A stretch of DNA of 53,929 nt from Prorocentrum cordatum (Eukaryota). Where the stretch lies: NCBI GenBank assembly GCA_963575745.1, contig CAUYUJ010000282.1:62001-115929 (forward strand). The letters run 5' to 3'. Numbering within the stretch: the first letter of the stretch is position 1; every line of letters starts with the position of its first letter. Positions 36,302-48,579 of this stretch are shown here, piece after piece. The notes beneath the pieces are model-generated. The model had not been told where the DNA came from. It was given only the letters and a program-made list of their open reading frames with translations, and searched no databases. The position numbers were made by a program, and so were the translations under genes.

Positions 36302-36469
36302 AAAAAACATTACGATCAGAAGAGCCTCCTCGGATGTCTCTTGTTCCCAACCATTCTGTGGTGTTGGGCCCTCGTTTTGAACGGACGGCCCCCGCGTCTC
36401 TTCCTTCCTTCATCCCCCCCCTCCCCCCTCAATCACCATCATTAGCAACATCACCCGTTCAGCACGCCC

Positions 36470-38092
36470 TTCATATGTTTCGGGGCCCCATAGGGAGCTC
36501 CTCCGATGGTCCCAGTGAGACCGCCCGCATGCGTCACGCACCACCCAGTACAGCGCTTCGCGGCCCCACAGGGAGATCAACCGACGGCCCCAGTGGGACC
36601 GTCCGCATGCGTCGCGCACCACCCAGCACAGCGTTTCGTGGCCCCATAAGGAGATCCACCGAAGGTCCCAGCAGCACCGCCTGCATGCGTCACGCACCAC
36701 CCCGTAAAGCGTTTCGTGGCCCCATAGGGAGTTCCACCGAAGGTCCCAATGAGACCGCCCGCATGCGCCACGCACGCCCAATACAGCCATTCGTAGCTCC
36801 ATAGGGAGCTCGACCGAAAGCCCCAGTGGCACCGCCCGCATGCGTCACGCACCACCCAGTACAGCGTTTCGTGGCTCTATATAGAGAGCTACACCGAAGG
36901 CCCCAATGGGACCGCCCGCATGCGTAACGGACCACACAGTACAGCGCTTCGTGGCCTCATGCGGAGCTCCACCGACGGCCCCAGTGGGAGCGCCCGCATG
37001 CGCTACGCACCACCCAGTACAACGCTTCGTGGCCCCATGCGGAGATCCACCGACGGCGCCAGCGCCACCGCCCGCATGCGTCACGCACCAACCAGCGCAA
37101 CGATTCGTGACCCTATAGAGAGCCCCACCGAAGGTCCCAATGTGACCACCCGCATGCGCCACGCACCACCCAGTACAAGGTCTCGTGGCCCATGGGGAGC
37201 TCTACAGACGGCCTTCGGGGCACCGCCCGCACGCGCCAAGCGCCACCCAGCACAGCGTTCCGTGTCCCCAAATAGGGGAACCCACCGACGGACCCAGTGG
37301 GGCCGCCCGCATGCGCCACGCATCACCCATTACAACGCTTCGTGGCACCACAGGGAGATCAACCGACGGCCCCAGTGGGACCGCCCGCATGCGCCCCGCA
37401 CGCCCAGCACAGCGTTTCGTGGCCCCACAAGGGGATCAACCGAAGGTCCAACTATCACCGCCCGCTTGCGTTCGCACACCCAGTGCAACGCTTCGTGGCC
37501 CACAGGGAGCCCCACCGAAGGTCCCAGTAGCACGGCCTGCGTGCGTCGCCCCCTCCCAGTACAGCGTTTCGTGGCCCCACAGGGAGCCCCACCGAAAGTC
37601 CCAATGGGACCGCCCTCAGGCGTCCCGCACACCAAGTACAGCGCGTCGAACGTGGCCCCACAGGGAGCCCCACCGAAGGTCCCAGTGGGACCGCCCGCAC
37701 GCGTCACACACCACCCAGTACAGCGTTTCGCGGCTCCATAGGGAGCTCCACCGATTCGTGGCCCCATGAGAGCCCCATCGAATGCCCCAGTGGTAAAGTA
37801 CACATGCGTTCCCCGCACACAGCACAACGTTTCGTGGCCCCATAGAGGGCTCCGCCGAAGGCCCCAGCGGCAAAGTCCGCATGCGCCCCCCCCCCCACCC
37901 AATACAACGTCTCGTGGCACATAAGGAGCTCCAACGAATGTCCCACGGGCAAAGTCCGCATGCGTCCCCCCCACCCACCACAACGTTTCGTGGCCCACGG
38001 GGGGCTCAACCGAATGCCCCAATGGCAAACTTCGCATGCGTCTCCCCCGCCCAGTGCAATGCTTCGTGGCCCCATAGGGAGCCCCACCGAAT
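36470..38092. repeat. ~78-bp satellite, about 20 diverged copies
   Basis: Unit TTCGTGGCCCCATAGGGAGCTCCACCGAAGGTCCCAGTGGGACCGCCCGCATGCGTCACGCACCACCCAGTACAGCG; the 26-aa periodicity in overlapping ORFs reflects it. Confidence 0.92.
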
Positions 38093-38144
38093 ACGATATC
38101 TGTGGTTATGTCCTTCGCCAGGCTTTTTTTTAGCCCTCTTGGAA

Positions 38145-38725
38145 CGTCTAGGTGCATCTTGGGCACCTCGGAAATCCTCGTGAAGCCTCTCGGGTGCCTC
38201 TAGGGAGCTGTTTCGGGTGCCTCTTGGGCGCCTCTTGGGGCCGTCTGGGCGCCTCTTGGGGCGCTCTTGGGAGCCTTGGGGACGCTGTTCGAGGACACCG
38301 ATACAACAAGATGGGTTCGCAAATTAGGGCTGCCCCTCGGGAGCCCCGCACATTTGGGGCGCTCCTGGGGCGTTCTTGGAGCGCGCCTGGTCGCTCTTGG
38401 GGCAGCCTTGGGGCTCTCCTGGGCCTCTCTTGGGGCCTTCATGGGCCATCTTGGAGCCAGCTTGAGGCCTCGGAAAGCTATCGAGACCGAACGGGCGACG
38501 ATGCAAACATCATTCATGTTCCTCAGGTGTTTGAAGGATTTGGGCTTCTTGGAAGCGTCCTTGACGGTCTCGGAAGCCTCTTGGAGCTGTCTTTGAGCGG
38601 GTTGAGGACCTCTTGGAGCGTCTTGGGAGCCATCTTGAGGCTTTTTAAGCTATCTTGAGCCATCTTGGAACTCATCTTGGGCCCTTCCGAGGCGCTCTTG
38701 GGCCAGTCTTGGGCCATCTTGAACG
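38145..38725. repeat. Degenerate (GC)CTCTTGGG repeat region
   Basis: Many CTCTTGG/ATCTTGG variants at ~11-bp spacing. Confidence 0.7.
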
Positions 38726-38760
38726 CTCCAAGTGCCAGCGAAATCCCCTGTCCAGGTCCA

Positions 38761-39168
38761 GGATACAGACCCTGTTCCGACCGGGCCCGGTTCCGACCCG
38801 CCCGGTTCCGACCCGGCCCGGTTCCGATCCGCCCGGTTCCGACCAGGCCCGGTTCCGACCAGGCCCGGTTCCGACCTGGCCCGGTTCCGATCCGCCCGGT
38901 TCCGATCCGCCCGGTTCTGACCCGGCCCGGTTCCGCCGCCCGAGGGGGCGCGCAGTCCCGGCGCGTGAGGCTTTCGCGCGGCGGCAGAGGGCCGGCCGGA
39001 ACAGGGCCGGCGGAACAGGGCCTGGTCGGAACAGGGCCTGGTCGGAACAGGGCTGGCAGCAACAGGGCTGGGTCGGAACAGGGCCGGCCGGAACAGGGCC
39101 GGTCGGAACAGCGAGGGGCCGGAACAGGGCCGGTCGGAACAGGGCCGTCGGAAGAGGGCTTGTCGGAT
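38761..39168. repeat. Left foldback end: ~15-bp GGTTCCGACC array, spacer, inverted GGTCGGAACAGGG array
   Basis: Forward units 38770-38936, inverted units 38988-39168. Confidence 0.9.
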
Positions 39169-39170
39169 TG

Positions 39171-39220
<50 letters not shown>

Positions 39221-39223
39221 CGT

Positions 39224-39279
<56 letters not shown>

Positions 39280-39280
39280 C

Positions 39281-39312
<32 letters not shown>

Positions 39313-39748
39313 CAGCAGCAGGAGGAGGAGGAAAGGGACTGGAGAGCCCGAGTTTTCCTTTCGGTCGGCACCGACGCGGTGACCCGCAGGGAAGAGAGCG
39401 ATGGTGTACAAGCAGAGGCGCGGACACGAGTGGAAGAGCATCGCCAGGGCCGTGAACGACCACGCACGTCTGCGAGCGCCGCCTAGAGAGCGCGTCGGCA
39501 TGCAAGTAGGAGAAGAGTAGGCTCGACAGCGCCATTGCCCCGTGCTCCTCGTCCTCCTCCTCCTTCTCCCCCCCCTTACTCCTTCTCCTCCCCCTCCTCG
39601 TCCTCGTGCCCGTCCTCCTCCTCCTCCTCCTCCTCGTCGTCCTCCTCGTCCTCTTCCTCCTCCTCCTCCTCCTCCTCCTCCTTGTCCTCCAAAGCGAAAG
39701 CGGCGAGGACGCCTGCCTGGAGCGCGGGCGCGGGGCGGCGGTCGGCCA

Positions 39749-41880
39749 TCAGTCGGCGAGGTACGCGATGGCCTTGAGGAGCTTGAGCCCCTCCTTGTCC
39801 TCGTCGAAGTCCTCGAGCAGGGTCATGATGCGCTCCCGCTTGGCCTTCATGTTCTGCGTCTCGCGCTGCTGGCTGCCCACGGCAATCTTGGCGAGGTCCA
39901 AGTCAGTGAGGCGCTGGGCCGCGTGGAGCCCGCCCAGGAAAGCCTCCATGGAAGGGTGCGCAGAGCCATGCGGCAAGCACTTGTTGTACTTCGAGTGCCA
40001 GCGCTCGGCGGCGTTGCTGGTGGTATGGCGGGGCCCCCAGACGCGGTCGTTGACGTTCCACAAGTCGCGCGCGAAGAGAGGCCTCTTGCGGAGATCGCGG
40101 GCGCCCTTGTCGGTGATGCGAAGCTTGATGGGCTCGCCAATCCTGTATAAGATGGCAGAGGAGGAGGAGGACGACGACGACAAGGGGGACAACGACGACG
40201 AGGACGACGAGGACGACGACGACGACGACGACAAGACGACGAGGACGACGAGGACGACGAGGACAAAGACGACGAGGACGAGGACGAGGACGGGGACGAG
40301 GACGACGACGACGACGACGAGGACGACGACGACGACGAGGACGACGAGGACGACAAAGACGACAAGGACGAGGAGAAAGACGACGACGACGACGACGAGG
40401 ACGACGAGGACGACGACGACGACGACGACGAGGACGACGAGGACGACGAGAAAGACGACGACCGCGACCACGACGACGACCGCGACGATGACGACGAGGA
40501 CGACGAGGGCGACGAGGGCGAGGACGAGGACGAGGACGACGACGGAGAGGGCGACGGACGACGAGGAGGAGGACGACGAGGACGAGGACGACGACGACGA
40601 CGAGGACGACGAGGACGACAAGGACGACGAGGACGAGGAGAAAGACGACGACGAGGACGACGACGACGACGACGAGGACGACGAGGACGACGAGGACGAC
40701 GAGAAAGACGACGACCACGACCACGACGACGACCACGACGATGACGACGAGGACGACGAGGACGACGAGGGCGAGGACGAGGACGAGGACGACGACGAAG
40801 AGGACGACGACGAGGAGGAGGACGACGAGGACGAGCACGACGACGACGACGGGGACGACGAGGACGACGACGACGACGACCACGACGACGACGACGACGG
40901 CGAGGACGACGACGACGACGACGACCACGACGACGACGACAACGACGACGATGACGACAAGGAATGCTTGCGGGACGAAGATGAGAGGTAGGATGTCCAA
41001 GTGTGGACGTAGTACTTCATGAGCTTCTCCTCGTCGGGCTGGAAGAGCAGGAACAGCTCCTCGAACACGGGCGCGACGGATGCCACGGGCACGTGCGGCA
41101 TCGCGCAGAGGCACTTGACGCGCACGCGGAAAGAGGCGTCCGTGGCGTACCGCGGCGAGAAGCCGAGGTCGTGAACTTTGCGGTGGATGCACTGGCAATA
41201 GTGGAACAAGCGTCCGCCGAGGTTGTGGTCTCCGAAGTGCTCTCCTAGAGCGGAGACGGAGCCGTGCTCGAAATCCAGTAGGACCGTTGGCGCGTCCTCC
41301 TCGGAGGCCCCGGAGATGCGGCCCAGAGGGGCGTGGGCGCGCAGGGGCACCCCAGAAGGCCGGCAGAAGAGCCCTGGAGAGGGCGGGTGCGGCATGGGGC
41401 CCCTGCGAACCAGATCCGCGGGGACCGCATCTCGGAGGCCCCGGCGCCTTGGCGTGGATGTCCGTGATGCCGGCGACGGCGCGCCAGAGTCGCTGGTAGG
41501 TTTGCTTGCGCTTGTCCGGCAGGAGCGCAAAGAGAAGCGGCAGGGCGAAGCCTTTCTTGTAGGCCAAGATGGTGTAAAGCTGCGTGAACAACCTGGGGCT
41601 CTGCTTAAATGTCCCGTCGCACACCCGCGCAGAAGCAGCCTTGAGCTCCTCGACGTTCTTCGCCGTCCCGAAGATCATGAACCTCTCGCCCCCGTCAGCC
41701 GAGCCGGAATCGTGCACCAGGAAATTGTCATCCCCGCAGAGGAGGAACGCCGGGTCGATGACCATAGAGCCGAGGGTCTTGTAGCAGGCGACGTCCAGAG
41801 CACCTGGGGGGGCGGAACACTCCGGTCGTCCCCTCGCCGTCGTCCTCGTCGTCGTCGTCGTCGTCGTCGCCCTCGTCGTC

Positions 41881-41921
<41 letters not shown>

Positions 41922-42148
41922 GGTCGTCGTCGTCGTCGTCGTCGTTCTCGTCGTCGTCGTCGTCCTCGTCGTCCTCGTCGTCGTCGTCGTCGTCGTCGTC
42001 TTTCTCGTCGTCGTCGTCATCGTCGTCCTCGTCGTCGTCGTCGTCGTCGTTCCAGTGGGCCGTCGTCGTCGTCGTCGTCGTCGTCGCCCGTCGTCGTCGC
42101 GCGGCGTCGTCGTCGTCGTCGTCGTCGCCGCCGGCGCCGCCGGCGCCG

Positions 42149-42179
<31 letters not shown>

Positions 42180-42972
42180 GTTCGCAGAAGGTTGGCCGTT
42201 TGAGGGCGCCGGGGAACCGGCTGTCTTCCGCCTAGAGTTCTTGACATCAGTCCGGCGGGCGAGCCAACCGACCTTCTTGAGGCAGTGCTGGTCCGGAGAG
42301 ATGGGGTAGTCGTCCTTCGGGATGGCCTCGAGGCTTTCGGAGACGACGCGCACGAGCGCAGCGGCGGGCTGGCTTTTCGCCTGCTCGCGGACCCGGCTGC
42401 GGATCTGCTCGCGGAGGGCCCTCTCAGGCTCGGCCAGGTGGCCTTCATGCTCCTTCTTCATCGTGAAAGCCGTAATCGTGTCGCCCACCATCGTGGCCTC
42501 CGCCCTGGCCTTGCACCCAGCGGCGCCCTGTGGCGGCGCGCCGTGAGGGGCGGGGGGAGGGGGGGGGGGAGCTGCTTAGAAGGGGGGGTGCTTCTAAGGA
42601 GCCCTTCGCGCGGCAGAAGCTGAAAAGCCGTCAGCGCGGCGAGGTGAAGCCACCGGAGGGATTCGAAAAAGCACCCTCCCTTGCAAGAGGCCTTCCCCCC
42701 TCCCCGTGCCCCCGTCGGCGCGCCGCCGACTCCTCCCGGTCGCACCTGAAGACTGCCGCGCCGTCCTTGTGGTAGCGGGCGAGACGGTAGGAATACCCCT
42801 CGCAGAGGGCCTTGACGCCTCCACGCTTGGAGCGGAACACCTCGACGCCAGGCGCCGGCTGGGGCGGCGGTGCAACGCCCGCCGCCGGGGCGCCCGCAGC
42901 CGGAGGGGCCTCGGCGGCCATCGCCGGGGGGAGCGGTGGAGCGGGCTGATGAGCAGGGGCTGCCCCGGCCAT
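39749..42972 (-). CDS. FLYWCH zinc-finger + MULE DDE transposase, ~540 aa, 5 exons: 42972-42733, 42527-42197, 41803-41448, 41299-40998, 40142-39749
   Basis: FLYWCH: SKRGG..EGYSY..FRCDREGAAGCKARA..HEGH. MULE: CDGTFKQSPRLFTQLYTI..PLLFALLPDK..TYQRL, LLDFE, GRLFHYCQCIHRK, YYVHTWIG, PLF..LWN, TTSNAAERWH. Introns with GA, GC, GC, GA donors keep the frame without stops. Start could instead be 43017 or 42921. Confidence 0.88.
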
Positions 42973-43102
42973 CGTGGGGACGAGAACGAAAAAAGAGAGC
43001 AGCTTTGCGACTGACATCCTTGAGAACCGAGCAGCCTGCAGACGAGAGCATGGATGAGGTGAAAGTGATCGTCCTCCTCCTCCTCCTCCTCCTCCTCCTC
43101 CT

Positions 43103-43512
43103 CCCTAACCCTAAACCCTAAACCCTAACCCGAAGCCTCACCCTGACCCTAAACCCTAACCCTAACCCTAGACCTAAGCCCTAAACCCTAACCCTAACCC
43201 TAACCCGAATACCTAAACCCTAACCCTAACCCTAAACCCTAAACCTTAACCTAAACCATAACCCTAGCCCTAAACCCTAAACCCTAACCCTAACCCTAAA
43301 CCTAACCCTAAACCCTAAACCCTAACCCTAACCCTGACCCTAACCTAACCCTAAACCCTAAACCCTGACCCTAACCTAACCCAAAACCCCGAACCCGAAA
43401 CCGTGAACCCTGAACCCTGAACCCTGAACCCTGAACCCTAACCCCAACCCTAACCCGAAACCGTAACCCTAACCCGAACCCTAACCCTAATCCTAAACCC
43501 TAACCCTAACCG

Positions 43513-43546
<34 letters not shown>

Positions 43547-43914
43547 ACCTAAACCCTTAACCCTAACCCCAACCCGAAACCCTAAACCCTAAACCCAACC
43601 CCTAACCCGAACCCTAAACCCTAACCCTAACCCTAACCTAACCCTAACCCTAACCCTTCCCCTGAACCCTAAACCCTTACCCGAACCCTAACCCTGACCC
43701 TAAACCCTAACCCTAACCCTATGCCCTATGCCCTAAACCCTAACCCTAACCCGAAACCCTAAACCCTAAACCCTGAACCCTAACCCTAAACCCTAAACCC
43801 TAAGCTAAACCATAACCCCAGACCTAAACCCTAAACCCTAACCCGAACCCTAAACCTAACCCTAAACCTGAACCCAAACCCGAACCCTAACCCTGAACCC
43901 TAAACCGTAACCCA

Positions 43915-43953
<39 letters not shown>

Positions 43954-44035
43954 CCCTAAACCTAAACCCTAAACCCGAACCCTTACCCTAAACCCTAAAC
44001 CCTATCCCTAACCCTAACCCGAACCCTTAACCCTA

Positions 44036-44068
<33 letters not shown>

Positions 44069-45367
44069 TAAACCTAACCCGAAACCCTCAACCCTAACCC
44101 CAACCCTAAACCCTAAAGCCTAAACCCTACCCCTAATCCTAACCCTAAACCCTAACCCTAACCCGAACCCTAACCGTAAACCCTAAACCCGAACCCGAAC
44201 CCTGACCCTGACCCTGAACCCTAACCCTAACCCTAACCCTAACCCTAACCCTAAACCCTAAACCCTAACCCTAACCCCAACCCTAACCCTAAACCCTAAA
44301 CCCTAACCCTACCCCTAACCGTAAACCCTAAACCCTAACCTAAACCTTAACCCTAACCCTAAACCCTAAACCCTAACCCTAAACCTAAACCTAACCCTAA
44401 CCCTAAACCCGAACCCTAACCCTAAACCCGAAACCCGAAACCCGAACCCAAATCCAAACCCTAAACCCTAACCCTAACCCTAACCCTAACCCTAACCCTA
44501 ACCCTAACCCTAAACCCTAAACCCAAACCCTGACCCTAACCGTAACCCTAACCCTAAACCCTAAACCCTGACCCTAACCTAACCCAAAACCCCAAACCCT
44601 AACCCGAAACCCTGAACCCTGAACCCTGAACCCTAAACCTAACCCTAACCCTAAACCGTAACCCTAACCCGAACCCTAACCCTAAACCCGAAACCCTAAC
44701 CCTAATCCTAACCCGAACCCGTAAACCCTAACCCTAATAAACCTAGCCCGAAGCCCTCAACCCCAACCCTAAACCCTAAACCCTAAAGCCTAAACCCTAC
44801 CCCTAATCCTAACCCTAAACCCGAACCCTCAGCCGAACCCTAACCCGAACCCTAACCGTAAACCCTAAACCCTAACCCGAACCCTGACCCTGGACCCTAA
44901 CCCTAACCCTAACCCTAACCCTAACCCTAAACCCTAAACCCTAAACCCTAACCCTAACCCTAACCCTTAACCCTAAACCCGACCCCTAACCCTAAACCCT
45001 AAACCCTAACCTAAACCTTAACCCTAACCCTAAACCCGAAACCCCAACCCTAACCCTAAACCCAACCCTAAACCTGAACCCAAACCCGAACCCTAACCCT
45101 AAACCCTAAACCCTAAACCCTAAAACAGACCCTAACCCTTAAACCCTAACCCTAACCCTAACCCTAAACCCTAAACCCTAAACCCTAAACCCTAACCCTA
45201 ACCCTGACCCTAACCTAACCCTAAACCCTAAACCCTGACCCTAACCTAACCCAAAACCCCAAACCCTAACCCTAACCCGAAACCGTGAACCCTGAACCCA
45301 AACCCTAACCCTAACCCGAAACCATAACCCTAATCCGAACCCTAACCCTAAACCCTAACCCAAACCG

Positions 45368-45401
<34 letters not shown>

Positions 45402-45450
45402 CCCTAAACCCTTAACCCTAACCCCAAACCTAAACCCTAAACCCTAAACC

Positions 45451-45482
<32 letters not shown>

Positions 45483-45793
45483 GAACCCTAACCCTAACCC
45501 TAACCCTAAACCCTAAACCCTAACCCGAAGCCTAACCCTGACCCTAAACCCTAACCCTAACCCGAACCCTAAGCCCTAAACCCTAACCCTAACCCGAAAC
45601 CCTAAACCCTAAACCCGAACCCTAAACCCTAAAACCTACCCCTAAACCCTAAACCCTACACCCTACACCCTAACCCTAAACCTAACCCTAAACCTGAACC
45701 CTAACCCTTAAACCCCAAACCCTAACCCTAAACCTAACCCTAAACCTGAACCCAAACCCGAACCCTAACCCTAAACCCTAAACCCTAAACCCA

Positions 45794-45832
<39 letters not shown>

Positions 45833-45875
45833 CCCTAAACCTAAACCCTAAACCCTAACCCTAACCCTGACCCTC

Positions 45876-45907
<32 letters not shown>

Positions 45908-46117
45908 CCCAACCCAAATACCCAAACCCTAACCCTAACCCTAACCCGAAACCGTGAACCCTGAACCCTAACCCTAACCCGAAACCGTAACCCTAACCCG
46001 AACCCTAACCCTAAACCGTAACCCTAACCCTAACCCTAACCCTACACCCTAACCCTAACCCTAACCCTAAAACCTTAACCCTAACCCCAACCCTAAACCC
46101 TAAACCCTAAAACCTAC

Positions 46118-46154
<37 letters not shown>

Positions 46155-46665
46155 CCCTAACCCTAAACCCTAAACCCTAAACCCTAAACCCTAACCCGGA
46201 GCCTAACCCTGACCCTAAACCCTGACCCCAACCCTAACCCTAAGCCTAAGCCTAAGCCCTAAACCCTAACCCTAACCCGAAACCCGAAACCCGAAACCCT
46301 AAACCCTAAACCCTTACCTAAACCATAACCCTAGCCCTAAACCCTAAACCCTAACCCTATACCTAAACCTAACCCTAAACCCTAAACCCTAACCCTAACC
46401 CTGACCCTAACCTAACCCTAAACCCTAAACCCTGACCCTAACCTAACCCAAAAACCCCAAACCCTAACCCTAACCCGAAACCGTGAACCCTGAACCCTAA
46501 CCCTAACCCTAGTCCTAACCCGAAACCCGAAACCGTAACCCTAACCCGAACCCTAACCCTAAACCCTAACCCTAACCGTAACCCTAACCCTAAACCCTAA
46601 CCCGAACCCTAACCCTAAACCCTTAACCCTAACCCCAACCCGAAACCCTAAACCCTAAACCCTAC

Positions 46666-46702
<37 letters not shown>

Positions 46703-47242
46703 CCCTAACCCTAACCCTAAACCCTAAACCCTAACCCGAAGCCTGACCCTGACCCTAAACCCTAACCCTAATCCTAACCCTAACCCTAACCCTAAGCCCC
46801 AAACCCTAACCCTAACCCTAAACCGTAACCCAAACCCTAACCCTAACCCTAAACCCTAAACCCTAACCTAAACCATAACCCCAGCCCTAAACCCTAAACC
46901 CTAACCCTAAACCTAACCCTAAACCTGAAACCCAAACCCGAACCCTAACCCTAAACCTTAAACCGTAACCCAAACCCTAACCCTAACCCTAAACCCTAAC
47001 CCCAACCCTAACCCTAACCCTAACCCTAAACCCTAAACCCTGACCCTAACCCGAACCCTAAACCCTAAACCCTAACCCAAACCCCAACTCTAATCCTAAA
47101 CCCTCACCCTGACCCTAACCCGAAACCCTGAACCCTAAACCGTAACCCTAACTTTAACCCTAACCCTAAACCCCAACCCTACCCCTAACCCCAAACCCTA
47201 AGCCTTAACCCTAACCCGAACCCTAAACCCTAACCCTAACCC
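43103..47242. repeat. ~4.1-kb interstitial telomere-like array of mixed CCCTAA/CCCTAAA with variants
   Basis: Directly visible; variants CCCGAA, CCCTGA, CCGTAA, CCTAA; non-telomeric sequence on both sides. Confidence 0.97.
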
Positions 47243-47259
47243 CCCGCCGCCGGGTTTCG

Positions 47260-47637
47260 CCCCGCCCGGTTCCGACCCGCCCGGTTCCGACCAAGCCCGG
47301 TTCCGACCAGGCCCGGTTCCGCCCAGGCCCGTTTCCGACCAGGCCCGGTTCCGACCAGGCCCGGTTCCGACCCGCCCGGTTCCGACCAGGCCCTGTTCCG
47401 CCGGCCCTGTTCCGACCCGCCAAGAGAGCGTTCTCGCATGGGACATCGCGACGGCGGAACAGGGCCGGCCGGAACAGGGCCGGCGGAACAGGGCCGGCGG
47501 AACAGGGCCGGTCGGAACAGGGCCGGTCGGAACAGGGCCGGTCGGAACAGGGCCGGCGGGAACAGGGCCTGGTCGGAACAGGGCCGGCCGGAACAGGGCC
47601 GGCGGAACAGGGCCTGGTCGGAACAGGGCCTGTTCCC
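47260..47637. repeat. Right foldback end: GGTTCCGACC array, short spacer, inverted CGGAACAGGG array
   Basis: Forward units 47262-47420, inverted units 47454-47628. Confidence 0.9.
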
Positions 47638-48579
47638 AGGGGGGAGGGTGGGGGAGGGGCAAGCCCCTCCCCGAAGGAGAAGGAGGGGGTTGGAAGAGGA
47701 GGCTCCCTAGACCACCTACGCCCAACGGGCTGGTGGGATTCTGGGGCGCTGCTCGCGCGCAGCGCTGGGGCCAGCGCAGCGAGAGCCCACGTGTGGCCGT
47801 GCTGCGGCAAGCAGCTTGACACAAGATGATGGGGTCATCACATATCCACCTCCCCGAGGAGGAGAACGCAGAGAAAGAGGATGAGAAAGAGGAGGAGGGG
47901 GAGGATGCGAAGGTGGGGGAGGGATGCAGCGGGGGGCCCAGGAGAGAGGAGCGAGGAGGGTGATGGAGGCGGAAGGGCCCCAGGGAGAAAGTGGGGGGAC
48001 AACATCACAAGGGTAGGGCGAAGGGGGAGAGAGGGGAGAACAAGCTGGAGGAACTTATACTCGGAAAGATGAGGCAGACGAGGGGGAGAAGGCTGGTCAG
48101 ACGGAGGAAAGCGACCCGCGAGCAGACGAGAGCTTTTCACGATGACCCGATGGGCCCACTTTAGCATTTGAGCCTTCAATAGTTGCCTCGACCGACACCT
48201 CAGTTATTCGTCCGAGCTCTTTCGCGGCCGCGCAGCTGTCCCGACTTTCTCCCCCCTCCTCCCTCCTCCCGCCCGTGCTTCTGCCCTCCGCGCGTTCCGC
48301 CGCGAGCGCCTGTGGGAACGCCCTCGCGCCCCCCAGCCCCGCCACTGCAACGCGCCTTTCGCGCGCTTCGTGGCCCCGAACACTTGGCGCGCCCCGCGAC
48401 CCGCTTCGTGGCCCTACAGAAGGAACGCCCCAATCCCGCCAAGCACGCCCCTCGCGCGCATCGTGGCCCAATCAAGGGTCGCACCAAAGGTTCATGACCC
48501 CCATGCCCCCGCCCCGCAATTTAGCTTCGCGTGGGTACTGGGCGTGCCCTTCAATATCACATACACGGCTCTGAATTGC

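Larger units (their letters stand above)
38761..47637 (-). mobile_element. Mutator-like (MULE) DNA transposon, ~8.9 kb, with foldback ends and an internal telomeric array
   Basis: Outer ends GGATACAGACCCTGTTCCGACCGGGCC vs reverse complement GGGAACAGGCCCTGTTCCGACCAGGCC; the same ~15-bp repeat family occurs only at these two ends; MULE transposase inside. No 9-bp target duplication visible. Confidence 0.7.

Noticed and set aside
39903..42491. 862-aa and 593-aa ORFs as complete proteins
   Set aside because: Each merges real MULE exons with in-frame microsatellite introns; the spliced model explains both.
43103..47242. True chromosome end
   Set aside because: Degenerate, internally duplicated and flanked on both sides by sequence of one element.
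38752..47646. Target-site duplication for the MULE
   Set aside because: Flanks (CCAGGTCCA vs AGGGGGGAG) do not match over 9 bp; a shared CCAGG overlaps the TIRs and is unconvincing.
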